From Cenococcum geophilum (lineage: Eukaryota), in NCBI GenBank assembly GCA_050273025.1, contig CP158636.1, forward strand, positions 1,302,001-1,366,000: DNA of 64,000 nt, read 5' to 3'. Positions within the stretch are counted from its first letter, which is position 1, and each line of letters begins with the position of its first letter. Both the position numbers and the translations under genes were made by a program. Below are positions 26,243-37,500 of the stretch, one piece after another. The notes under the pieces are model-generated. The model was given only the letters and a program-made list of their open reading frames with translations. It was not told where the DNA came from and ran no database searches.

Positions 26243-29200
26243 TGTTATAGTGCTATAATGCTAATAGGCTAAATAACTACATTGTGGTATAAAGAGGAGG
26301 AGGAGGTAAAAGGGGGTATTATATATAAATAGTAATGGCAGCCGCCAAGGCGCTAGTGGTAGGCTAGCTAATAGTAGGAAACGGTACGAGACAGTATAAG
26401 ATAGTACGAGACAGTATAAGATAGTACGAGACAGTATAAGATAGTACGAGACAGTATAAGATAGTACGAGACAGTACGCGTCAGGACAGTGCCGTAACAG
26501 TACTCCCCTTCTTAGAAGGTTTAGTCCCTAAACCGAATAAGTAACCTATTTTCGTTATAAAGATATTACTTCCGCTTACCGCCCTTAACCGAGCTAATAG
26601 CGGTTTTCTATGCCGGGTATGGAAAATCTTAATTGGTTAGTTTAACAGATAAAATCGGCAGAACTCTATACCGCTACCACGTGGCGCTTCTTAGCAAAAA
26701 ACTAACCAATTAGACAACTTTAACCGACGGTTAAAGTTCTATGAGATCTTAACCACTATAAATTATCTTCGTAGTCGGCCATAGCCTTAGCGTGGCTCTC
26801 CCTTATCTCATGCCCAGTCTGGGGGTCTTAGCTTCTTAGGGTGTTGTTTATAGAACTTTAGTAGTGCGCGCTCGCACCCTTTTAGGGATTTCTCGGGTTC
26901 CCAGGTTTTTTTATTATAATATTTCCATTTAATATAGTATATTAAGCTATGCTCGTCTATTTATTTATTATATATATTAAGGATCTTTTTAAATTCCTAT
27001 TTGTCCGTAATATTGCTATTATTATCCCTTTTAGCTATCCTGCCTATAATATTATAACGTTCCTCTTTATTAATATATACTTAACTAAAGATCTCTTTAA
27101 GAAACTAAAGGCGGACTTTTAAAGTATAAAAAGACTTATTAACACGGATATAGTCTAGGAGGTTAACTATAACTACTTCTCTATAGGCAGCTAGGACGGG
27201 CTAGGGTCTATCCTAGTTATTATCCTACTTCCTCTTAGGCCGGTTAGTCTTTATATTTTCAAGGCTAACTATAACCATATTATCCTTTTTAAATATTATA
27301 CCTTCATCTTATTTTATATTAGCATTATCTTTATATTATTACTAGGAGATATAAGCTAGGGCTTTAAGCTAGGTTAAGATGCGCTTAAAGCGGTTAGCGA
27401 TAGTATTAGCTTATAGGTACTCCTTCTTTACATATATAGATAGGGCTAATGGCTAGGGGCCTACTAGTTTAACGCCTAGACGTGGGTTATAGCCATAGTT
27501 GGCAAAGAACGGTAAAATTCCCGTAGTCTTATTAACCTAGTTATTTATAGCAAACTTAGTAAGGGGGAGCCAATCTACCTAGTTATCTTAGGTAAAGCTT
27601 ACAAAGGCGCGTAGGTACTTATTTATTACTGCATTAATAATCTTGGTTTAACTATCCGTTTTAGGGTGCTATATGGAGCTAGGGCTTAGGGTTACCTTTA
27701 GGCACTAGTTTAGGCAACGCTAGAAGTCGGAAACGAATAAAGAGCCTCTATTGGAAATAATAGTATTTAGAGCGCTGTGTAACTTATAAACAGTATAGAT
27801 AAATGCTTTAACGAGCTCCTTAGTATCTAGGCTAGTAACAAAAATAAAGTATCTTATCTTTATTAGGCGGTTAATAACGACAAAGATATGTCTATATATT
27901 TTGCCGTTACAAAGGCATTTAGGTAAGTCAATAACATAGTTAATGAAGATATTAGTCCACGGGCGGACTGGTAGTTCTAATAGTTTTAGAAAACCAGGCG
28001 GTGCTAAGCGTAGGGTCTTTATGCGGAAGTAGAGAGCGTAGTCTTTTATAAAGGTAGCTATAAACTATAAAATACCTAGCTACTAATACGTTCGATTAAG
28101 GAGGTCTAGTGTCTTAACGCGGTCTAGGTAACCCATAGGGCCCAAACTATACGTACGGTGTATAACCTCTAGTTAGAGTTTAGGTAAATTAGGGACAAAT
28201 ACTTAATTCCTATAGTAGATTAGGCCATTAACAATTAAACATTTAGATTTATTATAGCGGAGCAGCTTCCTAATCTGCTTGGGCCAACGGCGTGCTTTAT
28301 GGTCTTCCTATTCGCGTAGCGCAGCTAATATATTCCTAGTAAGTTTATTCTCTTTATAGGCATTCTTAATAAGCTCCTTAAGGGGTTTTTTCCTAGGCTT
28401 TAGGTCTATTACTACAATAAAGTCTTTAATACTCTAGTCTTAGAATTCGCTTAGTAGTTCTTCTAGGATGGTAGGGTCAACTTTTTTTGGTAGTAAGATA
28501 ACGCGGTCTCGGTGTTATAGACGTTCGTTATTAACATTAGCAGGTGCAACGCCTGGGAGGCGGCTAAGAGCGTCCAGGATTATGGCTTTAGTGCTAGGCC
28601 TATAGGTAATAATAAAGTTAAATTAGAAAAGGAACTCAGCCCAGCGGACTTAATGCTGGTTTAGTTGTTTCGTTATTATAAAGGTCTAGAGGTTCTTATA
28701 GTCCGTAATAATTTCAAACAGCTGCTTAGTTCCTTATAGTTTGGGACGCTATTCTTTTAGTGCCTTAATAATTGCTAGGAGCTCCTTATTATATATTTTA
28801 TAGTTATATTTAGGGGCTAAGTGTTTAGCAGAGAAGAATGCGACTAGCTTAAGCTTGTTACTTTTGTTGGCTTAATAGAGTACTCTACCTAAAGCCTAGT
28901 TTGAGGCGTCTGTCTCTACTACAGTCTTCTTTATATAGTCGTAATACGCTAGGACCGGTGCTGTAGTAAACGCTGTTTTTAGGGTCTGGAATGCCTGTGC
29001 TTAATTAGGGCCCTATAGCCAGCTAATGCTCTTTTTTAATAGCCTAGTTATAGGCTTAACTACCTTAGAATAGCCTTAAATAAATCGTTGGTAGAAGTTC
29101 GCGAAGCTAAGAAATTACTGTAGTTCCTTAACTAACGTCGGGTCCTTCCATTTCTATAAGGCCTGCACCTTCTTAGGGTCCATAGTTATGCCGTTAGTTA

Positions 29201-32200
29201 AGATAATTAAGCTAAGGTATTTTATTTTGGTAGTATAAAACTTAGACTTATTAATGTTGATCTGGAGTCTAGCATTACTAAGTCTCTAAATAATTTTATT
29301 TACGTGTTTTATGTACTTAGTGCGTATTTTTAAGAAGATAAGGATATTATTAAAATACGCAGTGTAGTAGTTGTTAAGGGCGTTGTGTAAAATATAGTTA
29401 ATATAGTTTTAAAACGTGGTAGGCGCATTATAGAGACTAAATAGTGTAACTAGTATCTTATAGAGTCCAAACCGGGTAATAAATGCTATAAGCTATTTAT
29501 AGCCTTCCGCAATCCGGATCTGGTTAAACGCAGTAATTACGTTAAGCTTAGTAAAGTACTTAGTATTATAGAGTGCGTTAAGTGTCTTACAGACTAGTAG
29601 TAGTGGGTATTAGTTCTTAATAGTAACTATATTTAGGCCTTGGTAGTTATAGCAGATTTATATACTGCCGCCAGGTTTCACTATAAGGAGAAGTGGTATA
29701 GCGGCTGGTAAGGTTAATTCGCGGATAAAACCCTTATCTAGTATCTTATTAATCCACTTCTTTATATAGCTAAGTTTAGCGGGTAAAAGTGGTCTATTTT
29801 TATAGGACGGGGCCTGCTTTCCTGGTATAATCTTAATTTTGTGGTCCTATAGTCAGTAAGGGGGCAGCTTATCTACGTTCTTAGGGAGAAAGTGTTTAAT
29901 ATGTTTATAAAGCTCTTTTAGTAAGCGTTATAAAATATCCTTATAGGTTAATCCTGGTTTGCCTTTTAGGAATTTCTTAACATTAATATCGACTATCTTC
30001 TAGCGTAGAAACTCGGACTTAGTTTTTAGGTTTATCTTAAGGAAGTTATAGAAATAAGGGGGTAGCGCTTTACGGGCTTCCTCTATTATATCGTTGCCTT
30101 CTATTAGCTGGCGGAAAGACCTTTCTAACAGGTTCAGTACTTCTATTAGGCCTATAGGTAGCTCCTTAAGTAGCTATTAGTATTCTTCTTATTTTACCAG
30201 TTCTACCAGCTCCGCTATATAGATCCTTATTACCTTTACGCCTTTTTGTTTACAGAACTGGGTAAAATTAACGGTATAAGTGCATTTAATATCGTCTAGG
30301 TTAGGGCGTGTTTAGTTCTCCGGTGTTACGGCTAGGCTAGTATAGCTTAGTTGGCCTAGGGGGGCGGAAATAAGGCGGCGGCCTTATACGGTACGCGCGG
30401 GAGACGGATATAAAGTTAGGCGTTGCGGGGAGGAGGTCTTAATTGCTCTGGTTTTAGTCTTAGCTATAACGCCTTTAGCTATTATACGTGCGGTTACATA
30501 TACGTATAGTAAATAACTTAAAGTTAGGTGTTTTATTAGCTAACCTAGGTTAAGCGGGTGTATGCGAGGGACTTATAGTTCTAGTGGTGTTTATTTTTTT
30601 AGAAATAGGGCGGTAGTCCAGTCTTCCAGAATCTCTGCTTTATTTACTGCGTATATTAGCTTACTAGTATTAGGCACCTCTTTTACTATCAGCTAACGGT
30701 ATCTAAGCGTTAGTCGTATAATGCGTCCATATAGTGTTACTCGGTTATAGTTAGGAATATACTATAAAAGACAGTTATAGGCATAGTAATTAGAGTTAAA
30801 GTTAAGCTCTAGAGTAGGGAAGTCTGGTTTTAGGTTATGCTTTTTAAGCTAGGGCATTCTAAGAATTACTAGTGTTAAGGGTAATAACTTTATAACGTAA
30901 AAGAGTATAGATTCTATATAGTAGCCGATTATTATTCTTGCTATAAAGTAGTGGGTAATAAAGCTAGATAGGAGTCCATTAGTAAGGCGGAGTGGTTTTA
31001 GGACTAGGAGTCTTTTTGTTATAATATTATGCTTTTTTATAAACGAGTCTTCGTCTATAAACGCTAGTGCTGTACTATTACTATTAATAAGGCTTACTAT
31101 TTTAATGAAGACTTATAGGAGTAGGTTGCGTAGTAAGAAAAGGTAGATCTAAATAAAGATGGCATTCCTATTATTATTTGCTATTCTAAGGTTAAGTGGT
31201 AGCTAGCTTAGAATAAGGTCTAACTGATTTAGTAGCATAGATCTAATCCTTTTATCCTTCTCCCTATATAGTTCTAACCCTTAGAGGCGACTTAGTCTAA
31301 GGGTTAGTCTTTTAATAACTGGATTATAGGGCTTAGCTAGTAACTGTGGTCTTAGCTAGTGTATCCTAATATATTAGTCTCCGGCGGTGTGTATATGCTA
31401 GGGGGTACTTCACCAAGGATATAGCCGGTCTTATAGTTAGTAGTAGAATAAAGCATTTATCCGTAGTTTATATACGGGACCATCGGCTAGGGCTGTATTA
31501 GGGAAGGGAATTATAGGGGTAGGTCTCTATGTCCGAACCTATATCCCTATCCGCGGTTATCACTTTAATTACTAATCCCTCTACTAAAGAATCCTCCGCG
31601 GCTAGGAAGGGGTTAGCGTAGTAGCATTAAAAGGGGATTTAGGTTTATTTTAGGGTTGTAAGTATTTTTTTAGTGGCCAGGTTAACCATATGCTAGGTAG
31701 AGTCTATTATCCATACAATGTCTTTAGACGTTATTAGGGAGGCTACTACTACCGCCGCTAAATTTAACGGCGTTAAGGTCTATTAGGTCATTCTATAGTG
31801 CTAGTGCTAAGGTATTATTATTAGGTAGTATAGGTTAATAGCCGCTAGCGGTACTTAGCTTAGTGGTATTTAGCTTAATATAGTAGGCGTGGTTCTATAG
31901 GTTATAGGCAAACACGTCTATTTACTTACTCTAGCCCTTATAGTTAGTATCATTAATTTTGCGGCTAAGGGTAAGGGCTAAGTCATTTATCTTAGACAAA
32001 ATATTCTTCCTAAGCAGATCCACCTTTTATTCCTTAGTCTTATTTACTTTAATTATTAACTTATTAAGCTCTACTTTCTAGGACTAGTAATTACGCTCGC
32101 CTTAGCTTAAGATGTCTAATTTGTTCTTAGCCGCTTAGGTTATATCTATAGTCTTATAGTGCTTCTTTATATACGTAAACATAGACTCTCAGTTAAAGAA

Positions 32201-33259
32201 GGCCCATTTGCTTAGGTTGTTTGGGTATATACGTAGCATATTAAGGCTATGCTTAATATAGTTATAAGCCTTATCTATTAGCATATCTAATATATAGAGG
32301 ACTTTATCTATTAGGGTTTTAAAGCACTTTACATCTTTATAGAAAACGCCTTAGATCTTTATTTCCTATATTTTAAATTTTTTTTACTTTTTAGTTAGCG
32401 ATCCCTTGCTATTAAATAGGGTAGGGTTTTTTGCTTTACGCTTTTTTCTATAGGGCTTAGCTAGGGGAAGAGAGCTAGTAGCGGTGTTCTTATTGGTAAT
32501 AGTTTAGGTAAGTATAGTGATCTAAGAGCTTAGGCTTTATATAGTCTTAGTATATGCTAAAGCTTACTGTTTATATTGCTTTATACATAGTTTAAGTATT
32601 TTAAGGGAGTTAATTCTATGCTAAGCTTCTTTAAGTTAGGACTTTATAGTCCGGCCTTTATTATAAACTGTTTAGAGACCGCTCTTAACGCTAGTCAAAA
32701 AGGTTATATATATAGAGAGGTGCTAAAATATTCCTGCTATATTAAGGTCCTTAGGGTACTCCGGACCACTCCTAATTGTCTAGGCAATATTAGTATAGGA
32801 GGTGTTAAAGAGGCGGGCGAGCGCTTCGCGTATATTCGCCAACGGGGTATTCTAGTTACCCATTTCGGGGGATCTAGGCAGGGTAATTAAAATTTATAAG
32901 GCTGGCTATAATACTAAGATTATCTAAAACTATACTGAGATTGTCTAGGACTGTGGTATAGTATTATTAGTCACATTAGGTCGCGATTATACTGGGAAAA
33001 CGGAGATAGTGAACTAGGGAGAATAAAGATCGCGACGGGGCGCAAGAGGAGATACCACAAACTGTCACAGTGCTATAATGCTAATAGGCTGAATAACTAC
33101 ATTGTGGTATGAAGAGGAGGAGAAGGTAAAAGGGGGTATTATATATAAATAGTAATGGCAGCCGCCAAGGCGCTAGTGGTGGGCCAGCCAATAGTAGGAA
33201 ACAGTACGAGATAGTACGAGACAGTACGAGACAGTACGCGTCAGGACAGTGCCGTGACA
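26243..33259 (-). mobile_element. Ty3/Gypsy chromovirus D (relative of family C), full length, inserted in the piggyBac transposase
   Basis: LTRs at 33063-33259 (5', 197 bp) and 26243-26499 (3', 257 bp), similar to the C LTR in reverse complement; TSD CCAGT (33260-33264) / CTAGT (26238-26242, one RIP change); PPT (rc) at 26500-26512; degenerate gag-pol ~32863->26763. Confidence 0.95.
26381..26480. repeat. 10-bp tandem repeat (ACAGTACGAG-like) in the 3' LTR of D
   Basis: Ten consecutive units, versus four at the equivalent place in the 5' LTR (33201-33240). Confidence 0.95.
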
Positions 33260-34018
33260 CCAGTAAACCGTTTAATTATTTTATTAATAGTAAGGTGGAC
33301 TCCGGGGTAATAATATCGACAATAGCGAGTTTAAATATACTTACTAAGGTCCTAAATACGTTTAAAAGTGCTATAGAAGGCCTCGTCGCGATCTTCTTAA
33401 GGTATAGTATAATAGAAATAGCGGTCGATCTGCTGCCATCTTGTATAGGAAATGTATTCGCGATATATATGCATTATTCTATACCAAAAGTCCTATTGCC
33501 AATAGTCTTTAATAGTTGGTTTAATATAAATTCCTATATAAATTAGCACTATAAAGTATATATAAAGCTCTAGCTTATATACCAACTTCTATGCGCATAG
33601 GCGTCCCTTTAGCTACTTGTCCTCTAAGGTTAGATGCAGCTCTATATATTAATTAGTAAAGTTTACAAGCTTATTAAGCAGCTTATTAGTAAAAAATAGC
33701 TTAAATATGCCATATACATCGCCTGGATCAACGTTATATAGAAGATTTAGGCGTTTATATTTGTTATTATTATTAATATACAGAGGCATAAAATTAGGCA
33801 GAGGCCCAGGCTAAGGGGGAGCTTTTTTCTTTAAACTAGCTAGCTAGCTTAAATACACAGTTAGTAGAACAAAGTCCTTATTATTAGAAGCCTTATTTCT
33901 CACTATGGTGTCGATATATATGGTGTTAATGGTGTTGTTTACATTTTGGTGGTGGAGGTTTTAATATTATTAAGGTCACGTATGGGCCACATCTGCACGC
34001 CCGACGACGATGCAAGGG

Positions 34019-34601
34019 ATAGGCGTTAGTGCCACTTAAAGAGAGCTTCCTCTAAGAGAGGCTCCTTAGCGTCTTTTTTGCGCTTACGTATACCTTACCT
34101 ATAATAAATTTTAATTAAATCTAGGTGGCTAAACTTGTCGCTAAGTATTTTAGATATTATAGATTAATTAAACTTATAGCAGAAAGTGTTAGTGGCCTAT
34201 ACCGCAAGGTATTTTTGTATAAGGTAATAGTGCTTATATTAATGGCTACGGATCTTTTAGCGCTCGTAGTTAGAAATACCGTAATGATAACGCCTTTTAG
34301 GATTTTGGCTTCTTGCCATATTAAAGAGATAGAATTAAGTATAGGGAGTAAAATTTAAAGCTTTTTTTTAAAAGGAATTTAATCGTTATATAATGAGTAT
34401 TAATACTAAACTAGCGGTAAGGAACCACTAAAGCAGCTCTATAAAATACTAGCTATACTAATTTTAGTAAAGAAAACTTAACGATATTGTTAATAGTTAG
34501 TATATCGTAATATTATACCAAAAAAGTTTTAATTAAGGGGTGCAGATCGTAATATAGAGTATATCGTTGTAAGCAAATATCGTACTAAAGAGTTTCGACT
34601 G
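34019..34601 (-). mobile_element. pogo/Tigger-like (Tc1/mariner, CENP-B-type HTH) DNA transposon, 5' portion; interrupted by the piggyBac
   Basis: Terminus (rc) TA|CAGTCGAAACTCTTTAGTACGATA at 34601 with TA at 34602-34603. Minus-strand ORF from ATG ~34319: MARSQNPKRR..GISNYER*KIR....QKYLAV*ATNTF..KFN*SIISKILSDKFSHLD...RKRKKDAKEPLLEEALFKWH, the pattern of the ABP1/CENP-B N-terminal HTH followed by HTH_Tnp_Tc5 (P.LE.AL..W). Confidence 0.8.
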
Positions 34602-37253
34602 TAGAAGGCAATTCGGTTAACAAATATTAGTCTATAGTGGCAGTAAGAAAATAGATAAGGATTAATTAATTAAAGCAACGACGATGATAACGGGGGCAGG
34701 AGGAATAACACTTGTATATATTAGAGTTTTCAAATTATATAGTTTTTACACCTAATTTCGAAATTAAAGCTTATCGTCGGCGTTGTTAATTGGCTTACCT
34801 ATACGCGCTAATACCTCTACGCTCTATCCTTACGTTACACCCAGGGGTCTTATATTACGAACGCTTTAAGTACAATGTTACGACTACTTAGAGAAGAGTT
34901 AGAAGAAGCTAGTTGGTTAATATAAGCACGGTCTAAGATAGAACCCGTGAAACCATGTGACGAGGAATAGTAAGCGAGTTATATAATGATTAAACGCGTT
35001 AGCTGTGTTAAACGTAAGGGACGCTATATCTAATATAGACAACACGTATATTACGTATAAGAAGGATTTTATAGAAGTACGGTTATATATTTAAGGACCC
35101 TCGGTCCCTACCTAAATAGTTCCTTCCTTATAGTAATTCTTAGAATATAATTAGAGTTAATCTGTTAGGCGACCGCTCTACCGGTTATTATTACGTTGTT
35201 AACTACTATCTTTATATTTCTTATACACCTAGCCTATTAATAGAACCCATTGTAGTTCCTACTATAAGGTTCCGTTACACAATCACTACTATAGTTATAG
35301 TATTAAATATAGAAAGTCAAATAACATGCTACCAAAAGCAGCCACTATAACGCTATTAACGGCGGCAACTACTTTAAGGTTAGGGGGTGACACTAGTATA
35401 GCGGACACTAACTCGCAACAACCTATAACGGTAGGATAATTATAAGAAATAGTTAACTAGTTAATAGAAAATAATATAGTACTTAAAAATAAGATTAACG
35501 GAATAGGCGTAGTAAAGATTAAGTTACCATTAATTAAAAGATTCTTAGGAGAGAGATTGAAGCTTAAAGGATTCCTTATATAAATGTACTTTAAGGTAGC
35601 ATAGAAGGGAGCAAAGCTAGCAATATATATGGATTAAATAGCGTATGCAGGACTATTCTTAATAGAAAGGGCACTTAAATAGTTTAAGCTTTACCTTATA
35701 GAGATATAAGTAAACGGAATAATAACTACAAACTAAGAAGTAAGGTTTATATTTTTAAGCTAGGAAGGATTTATAGAACAACTTATATAAATGTTTAGAG
35801 ACCTAAAGGTAATAACTATGGCGGAAAGAAAACTCTAAGATATTATATAGCGAACCTTAGTAATTAAGTACACGATATAGTTTTAAATATTGGTAATATA
35901 AGTTAAGTGGAATAATAAGGCGCTTATAGCATAGTATAAATAGGGACTTAAGGCTAAAGTCTAGGACGTAATTATTCTAATAGAAGATACGGACACCCTA
36001 AGGGAACTAATAGATTAAGCAATAAAGATTAATAATAGGATCTACTAAAGGGAATAGACTAAGAGAGGTTAGGATAGAGTTTTATAGTTATATAAGACGC
36101 AGAGCACGCAATAACTAAAGCTAAGTTAGAAACTATAGTATAGCGCAGAGCTAATGGACCTAAGTAGTACTAAAGAAGCCTATAAGAGATGGAGTAAAAA
36201 ACTATAGAAACCTAGAGGTTAAGGATTAAGTAATTATAGAACTAAGGAGCATAGGCTAAACCAAGGATCTTAGTAGCAGAAGATATTTAAGCGGACTCTA
36301 TAGTAAAAACAATGGTTTAAAGATAGAGCTTATATAAATTGCGGAAAATAGGGTTATTTTACTAGAGACTATAAAAGTGGTTAGAGTTATTATATAGTAA
36401 AGGGAACTAGACTAATAGTATATAATATATACGTATAGAGGGATAATAGTGCACTATAAGAAATAAGAGAATATTTAATTAGAAGTTTTGCGTTTTGTTA
36501 TAATAACGCATGCCGAATTTATAAAGACGCTAAGTACGGTATAAGCTATTGGCCATAAGAGCCAGAGTTAAGAGGACTTAAAGGAACTAAAAAGTTAGAT
36601 AAAGAACAAGATTAACTCTATAAGCTAGATTAAGATATTATAGCAATATATAAATAATAATTAGTAATAATAATAATGGAGTTAGAGTACTTATTAATTA
36701 ATAGCGACGAGGATAGTAAAGGAACTAACTAGGGGTATTTAAACCTTAATAACGCAATAGAAGTAGAGACTAAGACCGCCATAAAGTAAGGTTTAGTAAC
36801 GGGTATTATAATACTATTAGATACGGCATCTATTGCTTTATAAGACGGAAGGAGTAATATCTAGAGATGATTAAGTAAGTAGATAACTACTAGTGCTAGC
36901 TTACTACTTAATAAAGGCAAAAGGCTACAGGCTTAAGATTCTTAAGACGAGATAAGAGATAATTAAGATTCTTAAGATAAGATAAGGCACGCTTAAGGAC
37001 CTATAACGGACGAAAACCGATAGGATAGAGCAACGGCTTAGTTTAGCAATATATAAATAAGCTTAAAATGAAGTTTCCTAAAAATATAAGACTTTTAAAA
37101 TAAGATAAGTAAGACCTAGGACTCTTAAGATAAGATAAGAACACTAATAAAGCCTAGTTAAACTAAGGCTGGAGCTAAGCTTAAGTTGGAAGCGAGCTTA
37201 GGGTTAAAGAATCCAAGGGGTTAAGAATTTGGAGTATAAATTAGGACACCTAT

Positions 37254-37500
37254 TGTGGGAGGGTACGACCTCTCTAAGATAGGAAAGTCATAGTGCTGTC
37301 TGTCGGTCGGTCGGTCGGTCGGTCGGTCGGTTAGTCGGTCGGTCGTCAGTCGTAATCAATTAGTAGAAAAGCAGTCAGTAAAAAGAAAGGAAAGAATGTA
37401 TTCCGGTAGGTCGTGATATGTTAAAAGGAGGGAAGCCGAAGGCTTAATATATACAGGAAAATGCTAAGGTACTAGGCGTAAGCCATTTTACCCCACCACA
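37254..37500. mobile_element. Probable solo LTR (247 bp) of an unrelated family, containing a (GTCG)n microsatellite
   Basis: Absent from A2/A4 at the homologous site (acacCTATaa); TGTGG...CCACA inverted ends; 4-bp TSD CTAT (37250-37253 / 37501-37504); (gtcg)n at ~37302-37345. Confidence 0.8.

Larger units (their letters stand above)
1..34018 (-). mobile_element. piggyBac-superfamily DNA transposon, RIP-inactivated, split into three pieces (33265-34018, 26072-26242, 1-389) by Gypsy D and Gypsy A1; 3' part runs off the left edge
   Basis: The minus-strand translation joins across both LTR insertions: GIFKLFFTNKLLNKLVNFTN, LIYIGI..KPTIKDYW, YYYPGVHLTINKIIKRFTG | IVNILIKPILKGYKI*VL | HVVWLDNLFTSIRLL..L..EGIGGARIVR, F(A)*KDAQIVLFISTV. 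These are the DDE_Tnp_1_7/piggyBac motifs (LFF..TN, DE..F.GR, KP..G.K, DN.FTS, G..GTVR, W.D..V...ST) with RIP-type substitutions. Candidate 5' terminus CCCTTG (rc) at 34018. Confidence 0.88.

Noticed and set aside
33295..34358. Plus-strand ORFs 33295-33546 and 34125-34358
   Set aside because: Antisense shadows of the piggyBac and pogo transposase pseudogenes.
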